Origin: Diplonema japonicum
Taxonomy: Eukaryota; Protista; Euglenozoa: Diplonemea
Length of the DNA stretch: 64,000 bases
NCBI GenBank assembly: GCA_964019335.1
Contig: OZ025651.1
Span: forward strand, 372,001 to 436,000
Direction: 5' to 3'
Shown piece by piece: positions 53,557 to 64,000 of this stretch (its first letter is position 1; each line of letters starts with the position of its first letter). The translations under genes were made by a program, and so were the position numbers. A model generated the notes under the pieces. That model searched no databases. It saw only the letters and a program-made list of their open reading frames with translations, and was not told the origin of the DNA.

Positions 53557-55110
53557 CTAGATGTACTTTCTGATGAATCGTAGCGGCAGGAATAGTATTC
53601 TTCTGTTGATCAGTTTCGGGTTTCGGAACATGTCGGCGAACGATGCTTCTGGGTCCACGCACCCGAAAACCCATTTTTTAAACAAAGAAAGTTTTGGAGG
53701 GTCCAAGTTGTTGTGGAGGTAAGTCTCTGTCACGAGATCGGGGTGGGGCTGGTACCACGTAGGCTGGTCGAGAACGAGGTCTTTATGCGGGTTGAAACGG
53801 TGGTTGGCAAGAAGCTCTTCGCCGTCAGCGATCCTACGTGTGGTCACCACAGCCAGGGCGGGGACGAGCAAAAGGAACTCGGTTTCGTAAACACGAGACG
53901 CACCTTTAAACGAACCCCCCCACCTCGCGTGGTTAATGGACGTGGATGTCGCTTGCATTTTGTCGCGATCGTCCAGGTTTAACGATTTTTCAAGAAAATG
54001 CTGGGTTCCACCCGACATGAAGCCTTTTAATGCAGGGTCGGTTTGGTAAGGTAAATATGGCAGCAAGTCAACCGGGAAAACCGTTGGTATGCTGACAGGA
54101 ACGAACATTACATTAGGGTCTTGCGTCGCTCCGCAATGATTCACAACATTTCCAGATGAAAAGCCGTGGTGTGCTCGCTTGCCTATGACGGACTGAAAGG
54201 CCCTTCGCTTTGCCCACTCCTTCGGGGGTAAAAACGGGACCAATCCCCTGTTGAGCGTCCACCTCGAGTAGAGGTAGCGTAATACCGGCATCCAGTTCTT
54301 CCTGAACTGTTTTTGAAGATCGCTGCCCACATCCGGGTCGTACCCTGTCATGTACTCCCGAAACTGTTTGTGGTACTCTGTTTCGGCAACCTTCAGTTCC
54401 TTATCAGTAGCATTCTTCTCGCCAAATACGTGGATATACCTTTCCATGTCAGAATCGATGATTGCGTTTTCCAAATCCAGTCGGTCGAAGTGGATGTAAG
54501 GAGATGCTCTGTTCGGATTGCCTTCGCTGTCTGTTGCCCAAGCGCGTAACATTTTGTGAGCACCTTGCCACACCATGCCGGGTACCAGTGTTGCGACCGT
54601 TCCTGTTTGAATGTCGCCTTTTGCGAACAGACCGTTTCCGTGTTTGAAACTGTGGTCCACTGTTGGGAGAGAGGATGGCTTTACTTCGAGGGAGAAGCCC
54701 AGGTGGTTGGGAAGCCTTGCCTCCTTTTCCGCCCGCAGAGCTTGCTCGATTTGCTTGAGGAGCTTTTGATGCGATGTCCTTGAGTCTGTGTACGACTCAC
54801 CTGGCGACGCCATTTCTCGTTTCTCGAATTCTCTGATGTGATGGTCTGTGATGGATACCCCTTCCGTTTCTAGTTCCCTCATCCTCAGGCATATCCCAAC
54901 CCTGATCCAGTCTCGTCTTGATTGCACTGTCGATGCTATCCGTAGTATATTCCGCCACCGAAGCTTTCTGCACAATTTCAGGAAGTTCGCCATCCTGCCC
55001 GATGGGTTCGGGTCCCATGACTGTTTGGTTTTCATAATTTTTGTGCCGTCGGGGTTCGACACGGAGGCCCGCTGGCCCACCGTGCACATAAGAAGTGGGC
55101 TTCTTTTCAT
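53557..55110 (-). CDS. SET-domain protein, SETD9-like
   Basis: KPSSL..GNGLFAKG.I..GTVATLVPG; GNVVNH; PNVM; VVTTRRIADGEELLANHRF; PTWY. Confidence 0.7.
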   Translation of the reverse strand: MKRSPLLMCTVGQRASVSNPDGTKIMKTKQSWDPNPSGRMANFLKLCRKLRWRNILRIASTVQSRRDWIRVGICLRMRELETEGVSITDHHIREFEKREMASPGESYTDSRTSHQKLLKQIEQALRAEKEARLPNHLGFSLEVKPSSLPTVDHSFKHGNGLFAKGDIQTGTVATLVPGMVWQGAHKMLRAWATDSEGNPNRASPYIHFDRLDLENAIIDSDMERYIHVFGEKNATDKELKVAETEYHKQFREYMTGYDPDVGSDLQKQFRKNWMPVLRYLYSRWTLNRGLVPFLPPKEWAKRRAFQSVIGKRAHHGFSSGNVVNHCGATQDPNVMFVPVSIPTVFPVDLLPYLPYQTDPALKGFMSGGTQHFLEKSLNLDDRDKMQATSTSINHARWGGSFKGASRVYETEFLLLVPALAVVTTRRIADGEELLANHRFNPHKDLVLDQPTWYQPHPDLVTETYLHNNLDPPKLSLFKKWVFGCVDPEASFADMFRNPKLINRRILFLPLRFIRKYI

Positions 55111-55258
55111 TTCTTTTTACCTCCTCCTTTTTTTCTTTTTTTTTTCTTTTTTTTTTAACTCCCTTTTTTTTGTTTCCCCCGTTTCCAGAATTTTAAGAAA
55201 ATGGACACAATTTTTTACGTAACAAAATAATACGAGGGGGGAGGAGGGGGGAATGTTC

Positions 55259-55891
55259 TCAGACTGACCTGCAGTCTGCCTGGCCAAAAGATGTATTGCT
55301 CCCCATCCTCGGGACTGCTAGCATTTGATTGAAGGAGGACTCGCCCATCGAATCAGACAACGGCCGGCCGTGTTTAGCAGATCCGTGACGAGGCGACTGA
55401 AGGGAAGCATCGTATTTAAACTTTTTAGCACGTTTGCTGTACGGGTAGATGAGGACGAAGGGGAGGAGGAAGATGGTGTAGCCGAGTAGTGCGCCAAGCA
55501 GGATCAGCGTGGCGGCTGAGGTGGAGGAAGAGGAGGAACAGGCTGTCTCCCTTGCCACAGGGGGCTCTTGAGGTGTAGGTGTTTTCTTGCATATTTTGAT
55601 GATTTCTTCTTCAGTTGCGACATCTTGCAAATCAGAGAAGACTAGCCCACCCCCAACCCCCCAGTAGCACCCCCCCACATCGGGAGCTCCCACTGCAGTT
55701 TCATTGACCTTATGCACAGCTTGTGACCCACCTAGGTAAGCGGCTCCTATTTCACAGTCTTTCCCACTCCCTGTTCTCTCCCACCCCTGGGGGCAGGCCC
55801 CGTACTTCCATCTTATAAACTGGGGGTCACCGAAAGTTGCCCCTACACACAAAACACAAATATTCAGAACAGATATATGAAACGGTTTCAT
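55259..55891 (-). CDS. Type I membrane protein with small Cys-rich extracellular domain
   Basis: Signal peptide, C..C..GCY..IC, TM helix. Confidence 0.7.
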   Translation of the reverse strand: MKPFHISVLNICVLCVGATFGDPQFIRWKYGACPQGWERTGSGKDCEIGAAYLGGSQAVHKVNETAVGAPDVGGCYWGVGGGLVFSDLQDVATEEEIIKICKKTPTPQEPPVARETACSSSSSTSAATLILLGALLGYTIFLLPFVLIYPYSKRAKKFKYDASLQSPRHGSAKHGRPLSDSMGESSFNQMLAVPRMGSNTSFGQADCRSV

Positions 55892-56235
55892 TTTTTTTTT
55901 TTTTGCCTCTTCCGACGAGTGTAGGGGGATGGACTGTTTGTTTTTTGCTGTCGGGTTGGGGGGGAAAAAAGTGAACAAATAACTTTTTAAAAAAAAAAGG
56001 TAAAAGGAAAAAAAATGGAAAAAGGGGGGGGGGGGGAGGGAGGGGGATAGGTACGATTAAATAAAAAACCGTGCATAAAAAAAAGAGGTTCAAAAAAAAA
56101 ATAGAACAAAGAATTTTTTTTTTCTTGTTTATTTCTTCTTACATTTACGCGCAAACCGATGTAAGATTTGCAAAGAAATAGGAAGAAGAAAACATCAACA
56201 AAAATTTATTAATAAATCTCAGCTCAAGAAAAAAA

Positions 56236-56280
56236 GATGTCTTTGAGGGAACCTGCAGTATGTGACAGGATCGCCCCCCC
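56236..56280 (-). mobile_element. ~45-nt mini-copy of the SINE-like 3' end
   Basis: Near-identical to 23107-23146; similar to 14611-14655. Confidence 0.65.
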
Positions 56281-57102
56281 AAAAAAAAAAAGAAAAGAAA
56301 AAAAGAATAGGAAAAAAAAAGGAGAGGATTTAATAAAGAGAGGAAGGAAAGGGACTCAATGAAATCGAGAGGGGAGAATATGAAGAAAGAAATAAAAAAA
56401 AAAAAAGGGAAAAAGCTTAATAACATCAGGAGGGTACGATAGTCATTCTCCTCCTAACCCCCGCCTAAACACCTAAGAAAGGAATCCATCAGAGATTCGA
56501 TTTCTATTTCTTTTTTCTTCCTTTGCCACAAAGAGAACCTCTCTCGTAGCTAAACGGGGCTAGATAGGGGAAGGAGGAAAAAGTACACCTGTGGATTCTG
56601 TTTTTTTTTTTTCCCCTTTTTTTTTTTTTTTCTTTTAAATTTTTGCGATTGTTAATAGTAAGTTTGTTGAGATTGCGAATGAGCGAGATATGTTCGCGGT
56701 GTGCTAGAAAAGAGGTTCTTTTTTTTTTGCCCCTCTTTTTTTTTTTTTTTTTTTTTGCCCCCTTTCCCCCTTCTTTTTTCCTTTTTTTTTTCTTCTCTGG
56801 GAGTTGTCGTATTTTTTGAACGCTATGTATGAGATGGAGGGGAAGGGGCAAGAAAGGGAAGAAGGATACACAATTGCTTTTTTTTTCTCCTTTTTTTTTT
56901 TTTCCTTTATATAAACATCCCCTTTCTATTATAAAACAGTTTTTTTTTTGTTGTTGCTAGGGGAAGAAAAAAAGAAGAGAAAAAAAAAAAAAGCAATAAC
57001 CGTCCGAAAGCAATTTTTCCTACCCCCACTGCAGCATTCACATACATAGAAGAAAAAAAAGAAGAAATAGCGAAGGGAGGGGAAAAACCGGGAATAATAA
57101 TA

Positions 57103-57134
<32 letters not shown>

Positions 57135-57183
57135 CACACCGCTTTTTCTTACCTACTATTCTAGTTTCGTTTGAATTTGAATT

Positions 57184-59775
57184 CTATCTGCAGTAATATC
57201 TAACCGAGAAGCCACGTTCTGTGACAGCTTGGTCGGAAGATAGAAAGATAAGACCATCGCGCCCACTAGTGCTGTAGTCACTGGATCTCCTTGTGTTGAT
57301 GCCTGTGTGCTTCTTGAGCTGCCTTGTCGTCCCACTGGAAGAGTCGTAGCTATAAAGGGTAACAGAGTCGTAATCCTTCTCTGTGAAGGCCCACGAGAAG
57401 GCCATCGTGAGGCGGTTGTTGCAAACAATCCTCCAGCATCGCCCTTCGTAGTTCTTGTAGTGCGAGTAGGTGATGTCCCCATAGCTCTTTGCGTACACTG
57501 TGGACATCGTCTTGCAGAAGTTCGGTTGCGAAACAATCCGTGGGGCAGGGGTCGGGACCATTGTCTTACACTCCCATGACATTTCGAACCCTTGATCTGT
57601 CACAGTGTGGTCCGACAGGAACTCCACGATGGCCCCACCCCGCACTGTCTGTGTAGCGGGCGGGGTGTTCCCGGACTTCCTCCACTTCTTGGACCCCCCG
57701 CCGTACAGCTGCACGAAGTCGTACCCTTGCTCAACCCTGAACATCGACCATGAGAGCGACACCTCCTCCTCCCCGGAGCATTCCAGGTACCAGCACATCC
57801 CTTCATTGTTGCTGTAGTACCTCGCGTTGGGGTGCTTCAACGTGCCCCTTTCCCCAGTGAGGGTCATCGTCCTTTTGCACGTCGACGGGAAGTTAACCCT
57901 AGGCGCTGGGGTCGGGGGCGGCGTTGCTGGGGGCGAGCGGGTCGGGGGAGGGGTTGAAGGAGGGCGAGTGGTAGGCGGACGGGTGTTGGACGGAGGCTGC
58001 GTCGCACCACCTGCCCCATCCCTCTCGTAGGCCGTGGTGTGTAACTCGCATTCGTCGCCCGAGCACTCCGAGTAGTAAGGGACATTGTTGGCACCACCGT
58101 TGGAGAAGTGGCTGGACCCACCCCTGCAGTCGAAGGCCCTCTCGTTCGAGCAGTAGCACGTGCGCTCCCTCATCCCGTTTGCGTTCTTGTTGATGCTGTT
58201 CACCTTCTTCAGCCTGAAGTCCCTCGTCTGCGTCATGTAGGATGACCTCCTCATCACGAAGTCCGTTGAGTCCGTCACCGTGAGGCGCACTGTGTTCATT
58301 CCGTCACGAAGGTCGGACCCCCTCACAAGGATGTCAGTGCACGCAGTCGTTCCGGTGCACAGGGTGCGCCCCTGCAGCTCCCAGCGCAGGCTGACTTCGC
58401 CCCTGTTCACAAATGCACGGTTCGCGTGGAGTCTGATCTCCCCGTTGGCCTCGACGTAAGCAACCTCGTCGGGCAGAGGGCACGATGGGAACGTGATCGA
58501 GAAGGTGGGTGTCTTGTACATGTAAAGTGTGCCCTGCTCCTGGCACACGGGGCACAGCTTCTTCTCGCTTAAAGTCAACATCAAGCACTCAGGCAAGGGA
58601 CGGTACCAGTTCTCGTAAACGCACTTCTGTGTCGGGTTTCTGGGCACCTTCCCAGCGTCGATCAAGTGTTGCCAAGGAAGGTTGTTGCGCAGAGAGGGCG
58701 AGGCGCAGTTCGCCCTGCTCCCTGAGTTCGGTCCGTTCGACCCGTAGCTGTACTCGTCGGCAAGGTTTAGCCACGCGTGGGCCAGCTCGTGGTACATGAT
58801 GGCCCCGAAGGTGTCTCTGTTCGAGCCACGGGTGTAGAAAGCGGCTGTCTTGAACCCAGAGCAGTCCCCACATGCGGCACCACCGTAGTTGTCTGAGTTT
58901 ACAAGCACCAGAGCAACCACGTTTTTGAAGTTCTCGGACTTGGGCTTGGCAGGGGTGAGTTCAGCGAGGTTGAGCATTTTCTGCTTGTCGCAAAGCAACA
59001 GGCGGCCGCTGTAGTAGCAGTCCAGGTTGTCGTTGACGAAGATCCTGTTGTCGATGTCGGCACCACTCTCGGGAGAGGGCTGGAACACAGAGAAGACGTT
59101 CACGACGGGCTGGTAGCGGAACATGGGGCTGTTGCTTTCGTACACGGTACCAGGGGGGTTCGTGAAGAGCATCATCATCTCGGCGACGTGCTGGTTCCAG
59201 AGGTTGCGCTCACTCGATCTGTAGCCGCCTGCCAGAAGGACGATGTTGTGGACTTCAGATGCAGGGCCGGCACGGTGTTCGACACGAGGGATGGCGCCCT
59301 GCGTGGACAGCGTAGTGGCGAGCCTTCGTGTGACACCTATGTTGGCAAATATGTTGCTGACACTGTCAACATCACACTTGTAAGCTGAAGAGAGGAACAT
59401 GGTGGGGATCACAATGCGGTGCATTCCGTGCTCCAACTTGAGGACGGTCCCTTCGGCTTCCTCAAGCAAGGGGTTCCTGAAGCGAAGGGTGTACATGGAA
59501 CCTTCACCATTGCACAGAAGTGACATCCACATCTGGTCCGGGCCCGTTGACCCGTCGCGTGTGTCGCCTTCCTTCCAATCGTCAAGTTTCGCAAGCCAAT
59601 CAACCATGCTCTCACCGTCCTTCCGTTTGTGCCCTTTCACAACGGTCACGTCCTCAGCTCCGGCAGAGATCGTGTTGTCCGTCATCTGCATCGTCACAGT
59701 GCGTACACTCGCATCGTCCCCTGCAGACACACCGCCCAGCGCCGTTGCCAGAAGCAACACCGTAGTGCCTCTCAT
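57184..59775 (-). CDS. Secreted M64 (IgA-peptidase-like) metalloprotease with Pro/Thr linker and two CUB domains
   Basis: Signal peptide; IVLLAGGY, SPESG, VLVNSDNYGG, HELAH..NLADEY, YRP..CLM..LCPVCQE; CUB motifs YSNNEGMCW..E.GYDFV..FLSD.TV..GF twice. Confidence 0.85.
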   Translation of the reverse strand: MRGTTVLLLATALGGVSAGDDASVRTVTMQMTDNTISAGAEDVTVVKGHKRKDGESMVDWLAKLDDWKEGDTRDGSTGPDQMWMSLLCNGEGSMYTLRFRNPLLEEAEGTVLKLEHGMHRIVIPTMFLSSAYKCDVDSVSNIFANIGVTRRLATTLSTQGAIPRVEHRAGPASEVHNIVLLAGGYRSSERNLWNQHVAEMMMLFTNPPGTVYESNSPMFRYQPVVNVFSVFQPSPESGADIDNRIFVNDNLDCYYSGRLLLCDKQKMLNLAELTPAKPKSENFKNVVALVLVNSDNYGGAACGDCSGFKTAAFYTRGSNRDTFGAIMYHELAHAWLNLADEYSYGSNGPNSGSRANCASPSLRNNLPWQHLIDAGKVPRNPTQKCVYENWYRPLPECLMLTLSEKKLCPVCQEQGTLYMYKTPTFSITFPSCPLPDEVAYVEANGEIRLHANRAFVNRGEVSLRWELQGRTLCTGTTACTDILVRGSDLRDGMNTVRLTVTDSTDFVMRRSSYMTQTRDFRLKKVNSINKNANGMRERTCYCSNERAFDCRGGSSHFSNGGANNVPYYSECSGDECELHTTAYERDGAGGATQPPSNTRPPTTRPPSTPPPTRSPPATPPPTPAPRVNFPSTCKRTMTLTGERGTLKHPNARYYSNNEGMCWYLECSGEEEVSLSWSMFRVEQGYDFVQLYGGGSKKWRKSGNTPPATQTVRGGAIVEFLSDHTVTDQGFEMSWECKTMVPTPAPRIVSQPNFCKTMSTVYAKSYGDITYSHYKNYEGRCWRIVCNNRLTMAFSWAFTEKDYDSVTLYSYDSSSGTTRQLKKHTGINTRRSSDYSTSGRDGLIFLSSDQAVTERGFSVRYYCR

Positions 59776-60227
59776 TGCTTTGTGTATGTGGAAAAGAAAT
59801 TCTGGAGGTGACGTGTATGTGTTTTTAAAAAAAAAAACAGAAATAAATATATAAGCGGTCCTTTATACACTATTGCACATCAATAAAAATTGTTGGTATA
59901 AAGAGGAGGAGGGTGGTCGGCTCAAACCGAAGTCTTTCCTGTTAGAGCGGCACTTTTTTTCTTCGTTTGAAGATAAAATAAAAATGGGGTATATGTCCGT
60001 GGTACAGACCGAAGATACGGATTCCATTCATAGAGGAACACCTATCCACTACCCACCCAGACTAGGAACGCAAAAAAAAAAATAATTTTTATGACTATAT
60101 GTCTTTGTTGTTCGCACGAGCAAAAAAGGTTTTTAAAAAGCTGCGAAGGTTTTTTGTTCGGCACAAGCTGCATATAGTTATAGAATCATTTTTTGAAAGA
60201 TAAATATTTGTAACAACAAAAAAAAAA

Positions 60228-61359
60228 CTCAAAGTACAGGACAAGCCCCCCGCTAGAGGGCCGCCCTATGGGAGGGGGGGGGGGGGGGGGGGGGGGGTCT
60301 ATCTGTTAATACTCCCCTTCTGGAGCATTGCTTTCATCCCGATTGAGGCCGTGAGCGTCTTGCGGAGTCGTGTGATGCGGTCCCGCTTGTAGGCGGCTTT
60401 CAATTCCATCAGCTTGTCGTGCGTGGAGCGGGTGGCGAAAATAGGCCTCCTGGAGAAACCAATAGCTGCCTTTCCTCCAATGGCGATGAGGGACTTCACT
60501 CTTTTTCTCTCGTCCGCTGGGAAGGGGCGTCGCTTCTTCCGTGCCCTGCATGCTGTGTTTATCTTTACGATGAGAGCTTTGATTCTGCGCGCCCTATCTT
60601 CCAGCAGGCCTCCCAATGACTTTCCGGTCGTCCATTCGAAGTCAATGGCCAGTTCCACCGCCGACACCTCCGAGGTGGTGTCCTTCTCTACCCAGCGCAG
60701 TTGTGACAACCATTGTAGCAGCGGGTTCAGGTACTGGGACAGGACCCCGCTCACTCCTTCGAGCTCGCCAGCTATCGGAACGGGGCATCTCTTACCTACC
60801 ACATTTCGAATCCACGGCAGCGGCTGTGTGTTGACATCCTCCTTCTGCATGAGCTCTACGTCTCGTTTCTCAACCACCATGGCTAAGTATCGTTGCAGCT
60901 TCTCTAGGTACGCAAAGTCATGTCCTCTCGGCAGAATCGCGTGCAATTCCAGACACAGGGGCCATCCTGTCCTGTTGCGCAGTGGTTCCAAGCCGTCCTG
61001 TGCTAGCTCTTCCTGTGCGCAGGCGCATTCGTAGAGTTGATGGCGGAGTAGGGTAACCGTGTCCGGGTACGGTGATTCGCACAGGTCGCACCTGAACCCT
61101 TGTGTGCGTGGTACTGTCGTTGTTGGGACTTGGCTTATGCTCTCTTCGACTTCTTCGGTGTCGTCACCTTCTGGTGCCAGGGGGACGCTTCTTTGGTTCG
61201 TTCCTGCATGCGGGCTAAGGTAGGGGACCCCTCCGGTGATAACCCGTCTCAGGCAGTAGGACATGAGCGGGTCTTTGGCTGTTTTCCATAGTTGGTTGGT
61301 TTTGGGATCCGCTCCCGCCTCCATCCCTCTCACTGTGTTCCTCTCGTTCGCCAGCGACG
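60228..61359 (-). mobile_element. 5'-truncated non-LTR retrotransposon copy B; intact 341-aa ORF 61324-60299
   Basis: Homologous to 5362-6457; flanked by A10 and A33 on the + strand. Confidence 0.85.
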
Positions 61360-61393
<34 letters not shown>

Positions 61394-62093
61394 ATTCATC
61401 CGAGGATTAAGGGTTTGGTATTTTTGCCTTAGCCATCGTCGTTCTCAGTTTTAGGAGAGCGAAAATCACGTTTTGCAAATGAGCAGGGTCCAGGGTTCCA
61501 AGTTGCTTCATTCCATTGCGTAACATTGTTGTACAGTTGGCTAAAAAAAAAAAAGAAAAGAAAGAAAAAAAAAGCACCAGTCTACCTAACCAGGCAGTTA
61601 AAAGAAAAAAATAGGGGGCTGGGTAGAGGGAGAACGGGAGCGTTTCTTTTGTTCTTCTTCTTTGAGTTTCTGTATTTTCTCTTTTTGTAAGTTCACACCC
61701 CCACCGAGCCATACTCGGGGGTTGGGTGAGTGGATGGGGGTTTTATTTTTTATTTTTTCTTTTTTTTTCTCTGTTTACTTCGCAGATTTATGACTAGCAA
61801 ACAACTTCTTTCAACCGCTAATTGTTAATCTACGGACACAGAGGGAAAAGGGAAAAAATGATACAAAAGGGAAAACAAGGAGTGTGGCCTTATGATTCAG
61901 TTTCTTTTCTCTTTTCTCTCTTTTCTCTATTTTTTTTTCTCCTTTCCCCCCCCCCTTTTTTTTCCCCCGTCAACCTTCAAAAATCTGCTCAGCGCACATG
62001 CAAATGCGGCAATGTAAAGCTGTCTCGACTCCTTTTTTGTCACAGTTCATTAACATATTATTGTTTTTTTTTTTTTTTCTTGTTCAAGAGAGA

Positions 62094-62126
<33 letters not shown>

Positions 62127-62293
62127 GACTTTAAAATGCTCGACCAAAGGGGGAGAAAAAAAATAATAACAAACCAGCAGACAAGGAGTTTCCCCTCCTC
62201 CCGCCGTATTCATTACTCACTCTCCCCTTTTTAAAAAAAAGATAAAGATTTTGAAAAAAATCTCGGGGCAAAAAAAAAAGAGAAAAAGAAAAA

Positions 62294-62577
62294 GAGACTA
62301 TTTAAGGGTGTCTGCAGTTTGTGGCAGGGCGCCCTGCTCAAGCATCGTCTAGGTTTACAAGGGGCGCGCCTCGCTTATATGTAGTTTCTTCTGCGTTCCG
62401 CGTCATAACCTTAATATGTGCGTGCAACTCAACCCCAGCCAGAGTGCCCCTGGTAACCAACAGCATCGTTCTTCCACTTGGGCGCTACCGGTGATGACCG
62501 ACGTGGAGGTCAACAGCGAACAACACATCTGATGTACTTCTTTATATTTCCATATTTCCGTGTTATCCCCACCACTC
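62294..62577 (-). mobile_element. SINE-like repeat, copy 3 (internal deletion, more diverged)
   Basis: Shares GTGGTGGGGATAAC..GAAGTACATCAGATGTGTTGTTCGCTGTTGACCTCC with the other copies. Confidence 0.8.
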
Positions 62578-62687
62578 AAAAAAAAGAAGGGGGGGGGGGG
62601 GGGGGGGGGCGTCTTATGACCGGGGGAAGGTTTTTTCACTTCACATTTCTTTTCTCTTTTTTTTCTTCTTTTTTTCTCATTCAGTAT

Positions 62688-63119
62688 TCAAGCTGTGGAC
62701 TCCGGCATGAACTCTCTTATTTCATGGTGTGACCAAGACTTGTGCTCTGTAGTCTGAGAGCAGGACGATGGCGCGGCAGTGGTCAATGCCATCTTCAACA
62801 TGTCAGGAGGAATAGCGGAATTGAATTGGGTGCCGTTACCTCCATCAATGAGGGGGGAACAGAAAGGCACGGGTGGAACCTTGGATTCGTCACAACTGCT
62901 GCTTCTTTCGTTTGTGTAGTTGTTTTCATCGAGCACACCCAGCGTAACCTTGCTACCACCGGGTGTTGAACATGTGGCATCACTCTGAAGCATTATGGGC
63001 TCCCTGTCCTTGATTCTATCGGTCAATGCATCGACTGTAGATTGCGCTTCTTTGGCAGCTTGCGCAGCATTCACAGCAGCCTCGGCAGCGGACATATCTT
63101 CCCTTAATATTTCGGCCAT
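62688..63119 (-). CDS. Hypothetical protein (143 aa)
   Basis: ORF from MAEILRED after a T-rich leader. Confidence 0.55.
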   Translation of the reverse strand: MAEILREDMSAAEAAVNAAQAAKEAQSTVDALTDRIKDREPIMLQSDATCSTPGGSKVTLGVLDENNYTNERSSSCDESKVPPVPFCSPLIDGGNGTQFNSAIPPDMLKMALTTAAPSSCSQTTEHKSWSHHEIREFMPESTA

Positions 63120-63164
63120 GTGGGTGGGCGAGAAAGAAAAAAAAAGTGAATTTAATGGGAAAAA

Positions 63165-63198
<34 letters not shown>

Positions 63199-63230
63199 AA
63201 ATCCCCCACGTAAGTGAAAGGACGTCCCCC

Positions 63231-64000
63231 TCAGTCAAGCTTATCCTTCACCACCTCTCGATTCTTCAGAAGCATGTTTTGCCAAATCTGAGCTTTTCTA
63301 ACGTGTACCGCGTCTATACTGGGGGCTCCGTCCATTCGGTTTCTGCTCGTTTTTTGTATCGTTTCTCTCAAAAACAGAGCGTCGGACTCCAGCGTATCGG
63401 TGTTGGTGCCCCAAAGAAGCTGCCGAGCAAGAAGCGCTTTATCCATCTTAGCTTGGTGGTGGTCCTTGGTGGGCTCATCATCCGAATAGCTGGCATCGGT
63501 GTCGCCAGTTGTGGAGAAGCAGCGTTGCAGTGATTTTCTCGGCGCAGCTGAGGGTTTTTTCGGTTCTTTGGGTTTCTGTGCCCACCATTTGTACTGTGTC
63601 TTTTGTTCCTTTTTGCTTACACGGGTTTCCTTGACTCTGTCAAGCCCAGCACGGAGAGAGTTTGCTGCGTCAACGGCCGACATGCTTTTCAAGGTCCGCC
63701 ATGCAACAAGCTCCTTGGGAACATCCTCTGCTTCTGTTACTTTTAAAGGGTGCAACATTTGGTAAGACACACAACTGGGAAGGCTTCCTACCAACGAGGC
63801 CATTGAGACAGACCCTGCGGATAGATCGGTGTCGCCAAAGAACTGCATCATTTTCGCTTTGAGAACGTCGTCTAGAGTTTGCGCGGTTCGCTCTGGCGGG
63901 GCAACGAAGAGCCTGTTGGTCTGGTATTTCTCGTTCCTTTGAACCTCCGCTACCACGCGACGTTCGGGGTTCCTTCTCGCAAAACCATTTCTTAAGTATT
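63231..64000 (-). CDS. Hypothetical protein, 5' end outside window
   Basis: Frame open from the window edge to the stop at 63231. Confidence 0.7.
   Translation of the reverse strand, partial: YLRNGFARRNPERRVVAEVQRNEKYQTNRLFVAPPERTAQTLDDVLKAKMMQFFGDTDLSAGSVSMASLVGSLPSCVSYQMLHPLKVTEAEDVPKELVAWRTLKSMSAVDAANSLRAGLDRVKETRVSKKEQKTQYKWWAQKPKEPKKPSAAPRKSLQRCFSTTGDTDASYSDDEPTKDHHQAKMDKALLARQLLWGTNTDTLESDALFLRETIQKTSRNRMDGAPSIDAVHVRKAQIWQNMLLKNREVVKDKLD

Noticed and set aside
61480-61510. NPGP as a 2A ribosome-skipping peptide
   Set aside because: Context EATWNPGP lacks D(V/I)ExNPGP; no 2A motif was found at the LINE junction either.

Overview
This is eukaryotic genomic DNA, most likely euglenozoan and probably diplonemid-like. 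That is an inference from single-strand gene clustering, a Ce1-type capping enzyme, a receptor-type adenylate cyclase and many short GT-AG introns. About 25 host genes all lie on the minus strand, separated by homopolymer-rich spacers; 16 GT-AG introns could be reconstructed, most lacking a polypyrimidine tract. The most unusual content is a retroposon system. (i) A full-length 6.6 kb APE-RT non-LTR element (44401-51038) whose ORF1 begins with an OTU deubiquitinase-like domain. Its ORF2 has no AUG before the first endonuclease motif and is in frame with ORF1 behind a single UGA followed by a 12-bp hairpin, suggesting gag-pol-style readthrough. (ii) Two 1.1 kb 5'-truncated relatives. (iii) Three ~300 bp SINE-like copies. 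(iv) Three ~45 bp mini-copies. All nine end in a T-tract rather than poly(A), generally after a predicted stem-loop, and sit between T-tracts. Also present: a decayed piggyBac, a nested fold-back insertion in a phosphatase intron, and a CDS-limited identical duplication of an Mn-CDF transporter. All calls are by eye; no database searches were run.
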